64,000 bases of DNA from a virus (Duplodnaviria > Heunggongvirae > Uroviricota > Caudoviricetes). The translations under genes were made by a program, and so were the position numbers. Positions within the stretch are counted from its first letter, which is position 1; every line of letters begins with the position of its first letter. Below the pieces are notes generated by a model. The model was not told the origin of the DNA, did no database searches, and saw only the letters and a program-made list of their open reading frames with translations. The stretch lies in IMG/VR virus record IMGVR_UViG_3300047323_000678. The stretch is one strand, 5' to 3'. Positions 20,102 through 30,673 of the stretch are shown here, piece after piece.

Positions 20102-20733
20102 ATTTTTATTTTTTTATTTTCAACACCAATATTGCTTAATTCATTATTTAATTCCAAATTTAAAATTGCTGTTCTTATAGCTTTATTATTATCATAATGA
20201 GCCCAGTATGGAATATTTTTAAAACTTTGTGGAAATATATTATTGGAATTTTCTAACTTATATGGCTTCCATTCTGATGTATCTCCAATAAATTTTGAAT
20301 TTTGAAACATAAACCCCATCTCTTCTACATTTGAAACATCCCAATGTCTAATATCATTATTAAATTCTGAAGACCAAAACATATTATACATATTTTCAAC
20401 ATTAGACACATTCCATTCTGATATGTCTCCATTAAATTTTGACTTAGAAAACATGTCTTTCATTTTAGTAACATTAGAAACATCCCATTTTGAAATATCG
20501 CCATTAAATGCCGAATTAAAAAATAATTGGGTCATATCTTTTACATTAGATACATTCCATTGGGATATATCCCCATTAAAATATGATCCATAAAATAATT
20601 GGCTCATATCAGTTAAATTAGATACATCAATATGATTTAAATCGCATTCATTTCCATTTGCATTTGAACCAATCTCGTCTTTAATTAATTTGATTAAATG
20701 CTTTTTATCTTTAGCTACAATGGTAGGTTTCAT
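20098..20733 (-). CDS. DUF285/BspA-type LRR protein, 5 repeats
   Basis: Repeat consensus. Confidence 0.85.
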   Translation of the reverse strand: MKPTIVAKDKKHLIKLIKDEIGSNANGNECDLNHIDVSNLTDMSQLFYGSYFNGDISQWNVSNVKDMTQLFFNSAFNGDISKWDVSNVTKMKDMFSKSKFNGDISEWNVSNVENMYNMFWSSEFNNDIRHWDVSNVEEMGFMFQNSKFIGDTSEWKPYKLENSNNIFPQSFKNIPYWAHYDNNKAIRTAILNLELNNELSNIGVENKKIKI

Positions 20734-20752
20734 ATTTTATTTTTTTAGATAA

Positions 20753-20780
20753 ATTTTATCAAATAAAAATGAATAAACAA
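20753..20780 (-). promoter_or_regulatory. conserved DUF285-gene promoter
   Basis: TTGTTT-16-TAAAAT. Confidence 0.55.
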
Positions 20781-20793
20781 ATTAATCAATAGT

Positions 20794-21291
20794 TTATATT
20801 TTAATTCTTGTATGTAATTCTTTATTTTTATTTAAATCAGCATTTAACTGTTTATGTAAATGATAAGCATCAATAGATTTATTTCTTGATTCGTTATCTT
20901 CATATTTAGCCCAGTAAGGAATTTTTTCTTGTTTCTGATTAAAGACATTTTTACAACTGATTAAACTAAGTGGTTTCCATTCTGTTAAATCACCATTAAA
21001 CTTGGAATTAAAAAATAAATTCCTCATATCCTTAACATTAGACACATCCCAATTACTTATGTCTCCATTAAATTCACAAGCAAAAAATAAACCAGACATA
21101 TCTGTAACATTAGAAACATCCCATTTTGAAATATCTCCATGAAAGTCTAAGCAATTAAATAAATAACTTAAATCTGTTATATTAGAAACATTTATATGGT
21201 TTAAATCGCATTTGTTTCCGTTTAAATTCCATTCTTCTTGGAACAAAGATTTTAAATGCTCTTTATCTTTAGCTATAATAGTAGGTTTCAT
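20794..21291 (-). CDS. DUF285/BspA-type LRR protein, 3 repeats
   Basis: Repeat consensus. Confidence 0.85.
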   Translation of the reverse strand: MKPTIIAKDKEHLKSLFQEEWNLNGNKCDLNHINVSNITDLSYLFNCLDFHGDISKWDVSNVTDMSGLFFACEFNGDISNWDVSNVKDMRNLFFNSKFNGDLTEWKPLSLISCKNVFNQKQEKIPYWAKYEDNESRNKSIDAYHLHKQLNADLNKNKELHTRIKI

Positions 21292-22001
21292 ATTTTTATT
21301 CTTTTATTTAACTCTTTATTCACATTTAATTGTTCATGTAGTTCTTTACCTAAATGATAAATTTCAATAACTTTATTTCTTTCATCTCTAATTTCATAAT
21401 TAAGCCAATATGGAATTACGGCATCAGACATATAAAGTGCATCATTAACACTTCTTAAACTATATGGTTTCCAATTTGATATGTCCCCATTAAACTTAGA
21501 CTCTCTAAAAATAAAATGAATAGATTCAACTTGAGATACATCCCATTTACTGATATCACCGTTAAAATTAGAATTTTTAAACATAAATCCCATATCTTTA
21601 ACTTTAGATACATTCCATTTACTGATATCTCCATTAAAATAAGCACCAGAGAACATTCTACACATATCTTCAACATTGGATACATCCCATTTACTAATAT
21701 CACCAGTAAAATCAGATTCATGGAACATTCTTTTCATATCTTTAACATTAGAAGTGTTCCATTTGCTTATATCTCCATTGAATTCAGAAAGAGAAAACAT
21801 GCTAGCCATATTAATAACATTAGAAACATCCCAATCAGATATATTTCCATCAAATGATGAGTTTAAAAATAAAGAACTCATATCAATAAGATTAGAAACA
21901 TCTATATGATTTAAATCACATTCGTGACCATGCAATTTAATTTCTTCTTCAATTAAATTCATTAAATGTAGTTTATCTTTAGCTATAATTTTTGACTTCA
22001 T
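21288..22001 (-). CDS. DUF285/BspA-type LRR protein, 6 repeats
   Basis: Repeat consensus. Confidence 0.85.
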   Translation of the reverse strand: MKSKIIAKDKLHLMNLIEEEIKLHGHECDLNHIDVSNLIDMSSLFLNSSFDGNISDWDVSNVINMASMFSLSEFNGDISKWNTSNVKDMKRMFHESDFTGDISKWDVSNVEDMCRMFSGAYFNGDISKWNVSKVKDMGFMFKNSNFNGDISKWDVSQVESIHFIFRESKFNGDISNWKPYSLRSVNDALYMSDAVIPYWLNYEIRDERNKVIEIYHLGKELHEQLNVNKELNKRIKI

Positions 22002-22567
22002 ATCTTAATTCTTTTATTTTCAAAAATATTATTAAGAAGTTCTTCATTTAACTCTTTCTTTAATTGATAAGTTTTAATGGTTTTATTTCTTTCATCTTTA
22101 TCAATAAAATTAGCCCAATATGGTAGTTCAACAGAACAACTATCAAATATATGCTTTATATTTTTTATATTATATGGTTTCCAATTAGATATATTCCCAG
22201 TAAATTCAGCCATTCTAAATAAATAGCTCATATTCTCTACTTTAGAAACATCCCAATTACTTATATCACCATTAAACTTAGATTTTGCAAACATATAATC
22301 CATATCAATCACATTGCTCACATTCCAATTTGAGATATCACCATTAAAATCAGACTCTTCAAACATAGAAATCATGTTTTTGACATTTTTTGTATCCCAT
22401 TCAGATATATCCCCATTAAATTTCGAATTCCTAAATAAATAACTCAAATCAATCATATTTGAAACATCTATATGATTTAAATTGCATTTAAAGCCATTTA
22501 ATGCAATCTCTTCTTTAATTAAATTCATTAAATACAGTTTATCACTAACTATAATTTTAGGACTCAT
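21998..22567 (-). CDS. DUF285/BspA-type LRR protein, 4 repeats
   Basis: Repeat consensus. Confidence 0.85.
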   Translation of the reverse strand: MSPKIIVSDKLYLMNLIKEEIALNGFKCNLNHIDVSNMIDLSYLFRNSKFNGDISEWDTKNVKNMISMFEESDFNGDISNWNVSNVIDMDYMFAKSKFNGDISNWDVSKVENMSYLFRMAEFTGNISNWKPYNIKNIKHIFDSCSVELPYWANFIDKDERNKTIKTYQLKKELNEELLNNIFENKRIKI

Positions 22568-23349
22568 ACTTTAACCTTTTTTACTTTTGTATCTCTCAAT
22601 TTTAAATTTTTTTCCAATTCATCTTTTAACCAATAGTTATTAATAGCTTCTTTTCTTGCATTATTATCTTCTATTAAAGCCCAATAAGGAGGCTCATATT
22701 CTGTATTTTTTTGTAATTTTTTTCCTGATGCTAAGCTAAGCAATTTTTCCATCATTAAATCAATATCAGAATCATCATCTTCAAACATATCTTCTAAATG
22801 CTTTAATTTATATGGCTTCCAATCTGAAAGATTTCCTTTAAATTTTGATCTCAAAAACATAGAATTCATACTTTCAACTTTAGACACATCCCATTTTGAG
22901 ATATCGCCATTAAATATCGAAAGGTAGAACATTCCATCCATGCTTTTAACTTTAGAGACATCCCAATTTGAAATATTGCCATTAAAACTTGATTCAGAAA
23001 ATAAGCGTCCCATAGTTATTACACTAGAAGTGTCCCAATTAGATATGTCTCCGTTAAATTTTGCCTGACAAAACATATATTCCATATTTTTCACTTTAGA
23101 CACATCCCATTTAGAAATATCTCCGTTAAATTGTGAATTAGCAAAAATTGCATACATGTTTTCTACATTTGAAGTATTCCAGTTACTAATGTTTCCATTA
23201 AAATGAGAATCATCAAAGACATAGCTTAAATCATTGAGATTAGATACATCAATATGATTTAAATCACATTGGTTTCCATTTTCTTTCATTTCTTTTTTAA
23301 TTAGCTTTTTTAAATGGTCTTTATTTTTAGCAATAATATTCTTTTTCAT
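22564..23349 (-). CDS. DUF285/BspA-type LRR protein, 6 repeats, with an acidic insertion before the PYW cap
   Basis: Repeat consensus; EDDDSDIDL... insert. Confidence 0.85.
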   Translation of the reverse strand: MKKNIIAKNKDHLKKLIKKEMKENGNQCDLNHIDVSNLNDLSYVFDDSHFNGNISNWNTSNVENMYAIFANSQFNGDISKWDVSKVKNMEYMFCQAKFNGDISNWDTSSVITMGRLFSESSFNGNISNWDVSKVKSMDGMFYLSIFNGDISKWDVSKVESMNSMFLRSKFKGNLSDWKPYKLKHLEDMFEDDDSDIDLMMEKLLSLASGKKLQKNTEYEPPYWALIEDNNARKEAINNYWLKDELEKNLKLRDTKVKKVKV

Positions 23350-23924
23350 AATTTTATTTTTTTTATTAAATTATTGTTTATATTTAATTCGTCTTTTAAC
23401 TCTTTATTTAAATGGTACTGATCAATAAGTTTCACTCTTTCCTCTTTATTTTTTTTATCATAATTTAACCAATAAGGACGAATATTTGGAGGACAACCAG
23501 AAAACATAGCATGTGATACTTCTAAATTATATGGCTTCCATTTTGAGATATCACCAGTAAAATGAGATTTAGCAAACATTCCAGTCATATTTTTAACATT
23601 TGAAACATCCCAGTTAGAAATATTAATATTAAAATCAGAACCAGAAAACATTAAACACATACTAGTCACTTTAGATACATCCCAATTTGAAATATCCCCA
23701 TTAAACCAGGATTCATTAAACATGCTATTCATAGAAATAACATTAGAAGTATCCCATTGAGAGATATTTCCATTAAATATGGATTTAAAAAACAATCTAT
23801 CCATGTCTGTAATATTAGAAACATTAATATGATTTAAATCGCAGAATTGGCCATTTACTGACATTTCCTCTTTGATTAATTCTATTAAATGCTCTTTATC
23901 TTTGGCTATAATTTTAGGATTCAT
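23346..23924 (-). CDS. DUF285/BspA-type LRR protein, 4 repeats
   Basis: Repeat consensus. Confidence 0.85.
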   Translation of the reverse strand: MNPKIIAKDKEHLIELIKEEMSVNGQFCDLNHINVSNITDMDRLFFKSIFNGNISQWDTSNVISMNSMFNESWFNGDISNWDVSKVTSMCLMFSGSDFNINISNWDVSNVKNMTGMFAKSHFTGDISKWKPYNLEVSHAMFSGCPPNIRPYWLNYDKKNKEERVKLIDQYHLNKELKDELNINNNLIKKIKL

Positions 23925-23928
23925 ATTT

Positions 23929-25182
23929 TTAATTTAATTTAGGTTTCATTTTATCCATCTGATTATTATTTAAATAGGAATTTCTTAATTCGAATATGTT
24001 GTTTACAAACTTATTTTTGTCTATAAAAATGGTAACTTCTTTATTATTCTCTAAGTCATTCACTAAAGAATTAGCTAAATCTAAATTATTAACTCTGATA
24101 GCATCCACTAATTTTTCTAATTTTTGCACTATTTCAGGACTCTCTACATTTGAAGTATCCATTGCTGAACCAATACAACGACTATTTTTAATATAGGGTC
24201 TTTTATTTATATATTCTGAATTAATTAAATTGACATCTTTCATAGATGAGCACTCCCAAGGAGCATTTATAAATTGCTCTTTTTGCTGTAAAATTAATTC
24301 TTTAGTTTTATTTAAAATATCTTTATTTTCACTATTTTCTTGAATATAAGTAGTTTGTCTTAAAAGACTTTCTAGAGGGACAATCTCATAAAAATCTCGT
24401 AAAGAGGCTTCTTGAACTCTAGCAAGAAGTTGATCCCATTTAGGATTATTTGGATTTATTTTGGTAAACTCTTTATTATTTCTGAAGTAAATATTGTTAT
24501 GTGTAAAATCAGAAGATAATATAACTTCATAATGAGATTTATTACTAACTAAAGAATTATAAACACTTAAAGCTGGTGAGGCTGCATCATTAGTATCTAA
24601 ATAAAATTCATTTCCATTTTTATTAGATAATTCTATTAAAGTATTCTTTAAATCATTAAGTGTAGTTTTACTTTGAACTACTCCTTCTTTTTTCATATCT
24701 TCATATTCAAAATTTTTATATGTTGGAGTAGATAATGGAACTTCATAAGCAGTAATAAAACCACCTTCAATATCTTTAAGTAATCTTCCAATACCTGTAG
24801 AGTTATTAGCAGATCCTGAAGCATATCCATTGGCTATATGGAGGTGAGGAGTGGTATGGATTCCGTCAAAGTCAAATGAACCACTAACATCAGGTAATCG
24901 TGTTCCTCTATAAACAACAGCACTGTTCTCCCAGGAGTTAACTACTTCTTTTAATTGTTCAGGAATACTATTTAAATATGAAGGTAATATAGAGTCATTA
25001 GTTTTATAAATAGAACCTTGATTAATTGAATCCAAAGATTGGTAGTCACCCTCAAATGCAAGTTCAAATAAATCTATTCCTAAATCCTCTGCCCTAAGCT
25101 CTTTAATAGCACTATTTAAAGCAAGAGCAAATGCTTTATGATCTGATATTGGCTTAGATAAAAAGGTTTCTAATTTATTCAT
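23929..25182 (-). CDS. 417-aa protein with a possible ADP-ribosyltransferase-fold domain
   Basis: VYRGT...GIHTT.....A.GYA...GFITAYEV...HYEVIL pattern; fold call is inference. Confidence 0.45.
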   Translation of the reverse strand: MNKLETFLSKPISDHKAFALALNSAIKELRAEDLGIDLFELAFEGDYQSLDSINQGSIYKTNDSILPSYLNSIPEQLKEVVNSWENSAVVYRGTRLPDVSGSFDFDGIHTTPHLHIANGYASGSANNSTGIGRLLKDIEGGFITAYEVPLSTPTYKNFEYEDMKKEGVVQSKTTLNDLKNTLIELSNKNGNEFYLDTNDAASPALSVYNSLVSNKSHYEVILSSDFTHNNIYFRNNKEFTKINPNNPKWDQLLARVQEASLRDFYEIVPLESLLRQTTYIQENSENKDILNKTKELILQQKEQFINAPWECSSMKDVNLINSEYINKRPYIKNSRCIGSAMDTSNVESPEIVQKLEKLVDAIRVNNLDLANSLVNDLENNKEVTIFIDKNKFVNNIFELRNSYLNNNQMDKMKPKLN

Positions 25183-25271
25183 AATATTAAATTTCTATAT
25201 TAATTGTATTAAATTTGGAATTAAATACAAATTTTTGTTATGATAATGAGTAAGGATTAACGAGAATAAAA

Positions 25272-25859
25272 ATGGGTTTAAAAGAAAATACTTTATATAA
25301 TAGATATTTTTATCATGAGGCAAACGAAAAAGGAGCACTTAAATTCATTAGCTCACCAGAATGCACATTAGAGATGGTAAACTATGAAGAAGATGGTTTG
25401 ACTTCATTAATTAATGCTTCTCGTTTTAATTCCTTTAAATCCGTTGAAGCATTAATTAATAAAGGAGTCAATATAAATCATTGTAGTACATATAGCGGAA
25501 TGAATGCATTAATGTTTACAATTTTTGATGGAAGATATGGGAATGTTGAAACAACAGAAGCTAATTTAAAAGTAGTTTCATTATTAATTGAAGCAGGAAC
25601 AGATTTAAATTATAACAATAAAAAGTACTCTGCATTTATTTTGGCTTGTAGATGCGAAAAACTAGAGGTAATAAAGATTTTACTTAATTATGATATAGAT
25701 GTTAATTTTAAGGATATTGACGGAAAAACAGGATTAGATTATCTGAAAGAAAAGAATGAAATTGAAGGTATTAGATTAGTAAATAATTATATTTTAAATA
25801 AAACTCTTCAGGAAGAATTACCTAATAATTTAAGTGAAACAAAAATATTTAAAATTTAG
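25272..25859 (+). CDS. ankyrin-repeat protein
   Basis: GLTSLINAS, GMNALM, SAFILAC, GKTGLDY; tail KIFKI. Confidence 0.85.
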   Translation: MGLKENTLYNRYFYHEANEKGALKFISSPECTLEMVNYEEDGLTSLINASRFNSFKSVEALINKGVNINHCSTYSGMNALMFTIFDGRYGNVETTEANLKVVSLLIEAGTDLNYNNKKYSAFILACRCEKLEVIKILLNYDIDVNFKDIDGKTGLDYLKEKNEIEGIRLVNNYILNKTLQEELPNNLSETKIFKI

Positions 25860-25907
25860 TTTTTGGAAAAAAGTATATATAATAATTAAAACAAATGAGT
25901 ATTAAAT

Positions 25908-26528
25908 ATGGCAATAAACGATATCTCTTTAGCTTCTAGAATTTTAGATTATCAAAATGATGATAATGTTATAGATTTTATTAACTCTCGCAAATGCACC
26001 AAAGCAACGGTAAATGAGATAGGTAAAAACAATATGACACCATTACATATTGCTGCATGTAATAATAAATATGAAATAGCCAAAGCATTGCTCAAAAAAG
26101 GTGCTGATGTTAATGGACTATTTTATGAGATGGATAAACCTGGTTTACCACCGCTACATATGGCAGTTTATTATGGTTCTTACGATAATGAAGAAAAAGA
26201 AAATAATTTAAAAACTATAAACCTTTTATTAAAAGCCAAAGCAGATATAGATATTTCTAGTCATTCTGCATTCCTGTTAGCATGTATTAAATCAAAAAAT
26301 GAAGTGATTAAACTTTTATTAGATTATGATATAGATATTCAGTTTAAAGGTGAAATTGCTGGAGCCTATTTAGGAGGAACAAAGGCTAAAACAGGATTGG
26401 ATTATATGCAGGACAATGGAAATGAAGCAGGGATAAAAATTATTAAAGCATATATGTTAAATAAAGAACTTGAAAAAGAATTAAATCTAACTGATAAAGT
26501 CATTTCAAATAAAAAAGCAAAGGTTTAA
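25908..26528 (+). CDS. ankyrin-repeat protein
   Basis: MTPLHIAAC...LLKKGADVN, PPLHMAV; tail KKAKV. Confidence 0.9.
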   Translation: MAINDISLASRILDYQNDDNVIDFINSRKCTKATVNEIGKNNMTPLHIAACNNKYEIAKALLKKGADVNGLFYEMDKPGLPPLHMAVYYGSYDNEEKENNLKTINLLLKAKADIDISSHSAFLLACIKSKNEVIKLLLDYDIDIQFKGEIAGAYLGGTKAKTGLDYMQDNGNEAGIKIIKAYMLNKELEKELNLTDKVISNKKAKV

Positions 26529-27110
26529 ATGTATAAAAGATTAGGTGAAAAGTTAATTACTTCTTGTATTACTGTAAATGATACAGAATATTTAATTAAT
26601 TTAATTAATTCACTAGAACATACAGAAGAAATTATTAATTATTCTACAGATGTTTATACTCCATTAAGCGCTGCTTGCATTCATAGTCGATCAGAAGTAG
26701 CTGAAGTACTAATTAAGAAAGGTGCTGATATTAATCATCTTAGCAAAGATGGCATGACTCCTTTTATGTTAAATATCTATAATGCTGCTTATTCTAACGA
26801 AGAAGAAATAAATAAAAGTTTAAAAACACTTCAGGTTCTTATTGATAACAATGCAGATGTACATATAAAAAAACGATATTCAGCTTTTTCTTTAGCATGT
26901 GGTTTAGAAAAGCTAGAAATTGTTAAACTGCTTCTAGATCTTAATGTAGACATAGAATTCAAAGATGTTAATGGTAAAACTGGATTAGATTACCTAAAAG
27001 ATGAAAAAAATATTGAAGGAATAAAGTTAATTGAAACTTACATATTACATAAGGATTTAAAAGAAAATTTAGACCAACACAATACAATAAATAAAAAGCA
27101 TAAAATTTAA
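26529..27110 (+). CDS. ankyrin-repeat protein
   Basis: YTPLSAAC...LIKKGADIN, GMTPFM; tail KKHKI. Confidence 0.9.
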   Translation: MYKRLGEKLITSCITVNDTEYLINLINSLEHTEEIINYSTDVYTPLSAACIHSRSEVAEVLIKKGADINHLSKDGMTPFMLNIYNAAYSNEEEINKSLKTLQVLIDNNADVHIKKRYSAFSLACGLEKLEIVKLLLDLNVDIEFKDVNGKTGLDYLKDEKNIEGIKLIETYILHKDLKENLDQHNTINKKHKI

Positions 27111-27160
27111 TTAGCAAGTATAATAACAACAATATTAGTTTAAAAGATATAAGGAATAAA

Positions 27161-27748
27161 ATGGTAAATGGTGAAGATTTAATTGGAGCATGTGCAGGCA
27201 ACCCTAGAACCTCAGAATTGGTTAAATTTATAGAATCAAAAGAATGCACTAAAAAATTAGTTAATTATAAAGGTAATGGTGGTGCCACTCCTTTATATGT
27301 AGCAGCTATTTCAAATAAGTTTGAAGTAGTTGAAGCTCTGATTAAAAAAGGTGCAAATCTTAATCCTATTAGAGAATCAAATGGATTTACTCCACTAATG
27401 GGAGCAATATTTGATTCGTCTTATCAGGCAACCAATAGAGAGAAGGCAAATACTGATATTATTAACCTTTTAATTGATGCTGGAGCAAGTCTTGAGCCAA
27501 CTATTGGAGATAGTCCATTTAATTTAGCATGTATGACTGAAAAAACAGAAGCAATTAGAAAGATACTATCGTCAGGTCAGGAAATTAATCTGCATTTTAG
27601 AGATAGGTATAATGCAACAGGATTAGGGCATCTAGAACATACTGATAATACCGAAGGATTACGGTTAGTTGAACTTTATTTGATTAATAAAAACCTTAAG
27701 AAAGAATTAGCTACATCTGAAACGAATTCAAAAAAACTAAAAGTTTAA
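27161..27748 (+). CDS. ankyrin-repeat protein
   Basis: GATPLYVAA, GFTPLMGA; tail KKLKV. Confidence 0.9.
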   Translation: MVNGEDLIGACAGNPRTSELVKFIESKECTKKLVNYKGNGGATPLYVAAISNKFEVVEALIKKGANLNPIRESNGFTPLMGAIFDSSYQATNREKANTDIINLLIDAGASLEPTIGDSPFNLACMTEKTEAIRKILSSGQEINLHFRDRYNATGLGHLEHTDNTEGLRLVELYLINKNLKKELATSETNSKKLKV

Positions 27749-27753
27749 AAAAG

Positions 27754-27781
27754 AAAAAGCAGACTAATCATCTGCTTTTTT
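27754..27781. terminator. bidirectional terminator
   Basis: aaaaagcagactaatcatctgctttttt. Confidence 0.85.
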
Positions 27782-27786
27782 CATTA

Positions 27787-29016
27787 TTAAATGCTAAGTT
27801 TTATTCCTTTATGTTCTAATTTTCTTCTTATTTCTTCAATTCTACTCAATGCTTTATATTTAGCATCCTCTTGCTTCTCTTTAACTATAACTTCATTATT
27901 TAACCTCTGGTTTATTTTTTCTTCTGCAATTTTTAATTTAATTAATTCACCAAGGTATTTTTTTTGTATTTCTTTAATATCACCTAATTTTTGTTCAGAT
28001 ATTTCAAAGAATTTTTCTACTTTCATATTAGAGCCAAGTTTATAATTTGGATCACAAAGAATTCTTAAATTCTCAATAATTACTCCTTCATTATTTAAAT
28101 TATTATTTTTTAATGTATTCTCAACTTTAGTTGGAAAAATCGCATTAACAAAAGCATCATCATGATGGACAACAATTTTAGAAAATTTAGGAGCAATCTC
28201 TGCTAACTTTAAAATTGCAGACTTATTTTTTTTACCAATTGGTTGAGTTCCTCTGATTATTTTATCCACCACTTTCATAGTAGGAAATATAATTAACCCG
28301 ATCTCATCATGTGGTGATTGTTCTAAAACTTTTGCAATAAGAGCAAGATAATTACTATGGCAGTTTGTATTTCCTAATTTATACTGATGAGTACTTAATA
28401 TTTTAATTTCAGGGAATTTCTCCATTTCATAAACATCTACAGTAAAACCACTAGCAGATTCAATTAAATTAAAAAAATAATGATTATTAACATCTCTTTT
28501 TAAGTTTGCAAATTCTTGTTTTTCTTTTGAAGAGAATTGTTGAGTAGAAAATAAATTAGGAAGTTGGAATGCTCCATCTATAATCTGATTTCTGCCAACG
28601 AAATCTTTGACTAAACTTTTTCTTGATAATAAATCTGCTTCTTTATTTTCTTCTCTCGGTAAATAATAAAAATTAATATTATTAAATTGAGATAATAATT
28701 GCACTACATTATTTAAGGCTGGCTCTCGTTCTAAATAATGCCTAAGATGCTCCATATCTTTGATGTTCAATATTTCTGCCGTATCTTTTGAGTCTAGGAA
28801 GCATTTAATATCTTTAACACCATTTGCAATACATTTTTTTAGTCCATATTCCAAAGCATGTATCTCATGTTTAATTAAAAAAGTATGATCTTCACTTTGA
28901 AGCTTTTCTGAAAATTTCCATATTTTATTATCATGATCATCTAAAAGATAACCTCCAATTCCGCCAATTTTGAAATGTTCAAAATAAGAGCCATCTGTAT
29001 ATAATTTATAAGTCAT
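27787..29016 (-). CDS. RNase HI-like domain with a ~270-aa C-terminal extension
   Basis: LYTDGS, HEIHAL, FLDS, NKEADLLSR: D-E-D-D set complete. Confidence 0.75.
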   Translation of the reverse strand: MTYKLYTDGSYFEHFKIGGIGGYLLDDHDNKIWKFSEKLQSEDHTFLIKHEIHALEYGLKKCIANGVKDIKCFLDSKDTAEILNIKDMEHLRHYLEREPALNNVVQLLSQFNNINFYYLPREENKEADLLSRKSLVKDFVGRNQIIDGAFQLPNLFSTQQFSSKEKQEFANLKRDVNNHYFFNLIESASGFTVDVYEMEKFPEIKILSTHQYKLGNTNCHSNYLALIAKVLEQSPHDEIGLIIFPTMKVVDKIIRGTQPIGKKNKSAILKLAEIAPKFSKIVVHHDDAFVNAIFPTKVENTLKNNNLNNEGVIIENLRILCDPNYKLGSNMKVEKFFEISEQKLGDIKEIQKKYLGELIKLKIAEEKINQRLNNEVIVKEKQEDAKYKALSRIEEIRRKLEHKGIKLSI

Positions 29017-29159
29017 TTGTTTACCTCAATAATTATATTTCAGTATAAAAGAAATCTAAATAGATTCAAGTTAAATGTTACCTGTAAAACAATCTCTATT
29101 TTATTTTATATTTTTTTAAGTTATAATAACTTTATTAAAAACAAATACTTAAATTAAAA

Positions 29160-29315
29160 ATGAATACACAACATCAAGAAGTAGCAGATCAACTTGAACA
29201 ATACTGTGATTACGGGAATCCATTTGGTTTAAATGATCTACTTAAAAAAGCTGCTGAGTTACTAAGAAATTCTAAACCAAACGAAGAAAACAACAATAAA
29301 AAGGAAGAAGAATGA
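29160..29315 (+). CDS. 51-aa hypothetical protein (below the track cutoff)
   Basis: MNTQHQEVADQLEQYCDYGNPFGLNDLLKKAAELLRNSKP...; TGA overlaps ATG of the next gene. Confidence 0.55.
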   Translation: MNTQHQEVADQLEQYCDYGNPFGLNDLLKKAAELLRNSKPNEENNNKKEEE

Positions 29316-30049
29316 GTTATATTGATACTATTAGCCACTCTGTAGTAGGAACATTTGCAGGAGTTTCTGTTTATCATCCACTACAGAATTTAGATGAAGA
29401 AAGAAAAGATGAATTTAGTGCTACTCCTAAAAATTTAGTTATTGGTGGAGGTAGTGGAGAACACCCAGGAATGGTAGTTCAAGATTTAGATTTCTGTGTA
29501 TTGGAATTTCTTACTGCAATTGTAGAATTACAAGGTAAAGAAATTGATGAACTAGAATTTTTTACTAAACTTGAAAAAGGTATTCCAAACTATACACCAA
29601 GTGAACATACTATTTGGAGCAATTTAGAATATTCTAGTTGGGGTATGAAAGAAATTGCTAGATTTGTAGATAATGTAAATAAAGAATTTGATGAAAATAT
29701 ACAATATTTTAAAAATAAAGATAATTTCAAAAAAATTCAACCTGAGCTAAAGATTTGTATCATGTTAGGTGAATTTATTTTTTACAGTGGTAAAAAGTTA
29801 ATTTCTGAACCATTACTTGAGTATATTGAAGAAAACAAACACCTGCTAGAAAAAGCAGACATAGATTTAATTGCACCATTTGAGGCTGTTAAGGTAAAAC
29901 CTAAAGGTTATCCTGGCATTTACGGTAGTTGTAGAGCGATGAAAGATGGAGAAGTAATAACAAAAGGTGAAGTAAGATTTGATGAGGAGCATTTAATTGA
30001 CCCACTTTTAAATGACCATAGTAGAAACAGAATTAAACGAAGAATGTAA
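29312..30049 (+). CDS. hypothetical protein (245 aa)
   Basis: ORF with AAGGA SD. Confidence 0.75.
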   Translation: MSYIDTISHSVVGTFAGVSVYHPLQNLDEERKDEFSATPKNLVIGGGSGEHPGMVVQDLDFCVLEFLTAIVELQGKEIDELEFFTKLEKGIPNYTPSEHTIWSNLEYSSWGMKEIARFVDNVNKEFDENIQYFKNKDNFKKIQPELKICIMLGEFIFYSGKKLISEPLLEYIEENKHLLEKADIDLIAPFEAVKVKPKGYPGIYGSCRAMKDGEVITKGEVRFDEEHLIDPLLNDHSRNRIKRRM

Positions 30050-30053
30050 AAAT

Positions 30054-30077
30054 AAAGGCAGATGATTCTGCCTTTTT
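30054..30077. terminator. bidirectional terminator, GGCAG family
   Basis: aaaggcagatgattctgccttttt. Confidence 0.85.
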
Positions 30078-30080
30078 CTT

Positions 30081-30626
30081 TTAGAGCTTTGCTCTTCTAT
30101 TTTTTGCTTCAGCATTTTCTTCTATTGGAAAATAATCTTCAGCAATCTTATCAAATGCAAGATTTTCTAATACTTGGTTTCTATATGGAGTCACCATAAA
30201 ATTGATAGCAAATTGAAGCTTTTTAATAATTTCAACTTCATCATCAATTATCACAGGGCTTTGAACACCTTTACCATATTTTAAATCTTTATCCATTCGT
30301 GCAATAACAGATTTATCCAAACTTTCGCCAAATATTTTTTGTGAAATTACATTGAAATTCTTAAAACTCATTGGAACATTATTGCGTTCAAAGAGATCTA
30401 CAATATATAACTCTTTAGCAAATTGATGAAATTTTCTAGAATAAGCACCTTTTTTAGCAGATAAAACAGCCTTGGCTCGTCTTGCTTGCTCTGCCTTATT
30501 CATATCAAAATTACCAAGAATCTCCCTAAGTTCCTGCTTACCTTCAACGATAAGTGAGTCTCTTCTTTTAATTAATTCATCATCAAGGTTTTGAGGCATA
30601 TTAGAAAATTTAATATTATCATTCAT
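30081..30626 (-). CDS. hypothetical protein (181 aa)
   Basis: GAGGA SD; ends RRAKL. Confidence 0.75.
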   Translation of the reverse strand: MNDNIKFSNMPQNLDDELIKRRDSLIVEGKQELREILGNFDMNKAEQARRAKAVLSAKKGAYSRKFHQFAKELYIVDLFERNNVPMSFKNFNVISQKIFGESLDKSVIARMDKDLKYGKGVQSPVIIDDEVEIIKKLQFAINFMVTPYRNQVLENLAFDKIAEDYFPIEENAEAKNRRAKL

Positions 30627-30673
30627 ATTTTTCCTCTATAAATAGTTACTATAGTTATACCACAAATATTATG

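Noticed and set aside
11032..21909. Antisense and alternative-frame ORFs inside DUF285 genes (11032, 11067, 13318, 13546, 14517, 14965, 17272, 21455, 21516, 21676)
   Set aside because: Shadow frames of the 66-bp repeat; no SD or independent motifs.
9674..23924. Diversity-generating retroelement acting on the DUF285 genes
   Set aside because: No reverse transcriptase in the window and no template/variable repeat pair differing only at adenines was seen.
18379..30626. Peroxisomal targeting (SKL/AKL/AKI ends) as the meaning of the tail
   Set aside because: Only a few tails (KSKL, RAKL, KAKI) fit PTS1; most end KIKI, KLKV or KHKI, so PTS1 is not the common denominator.
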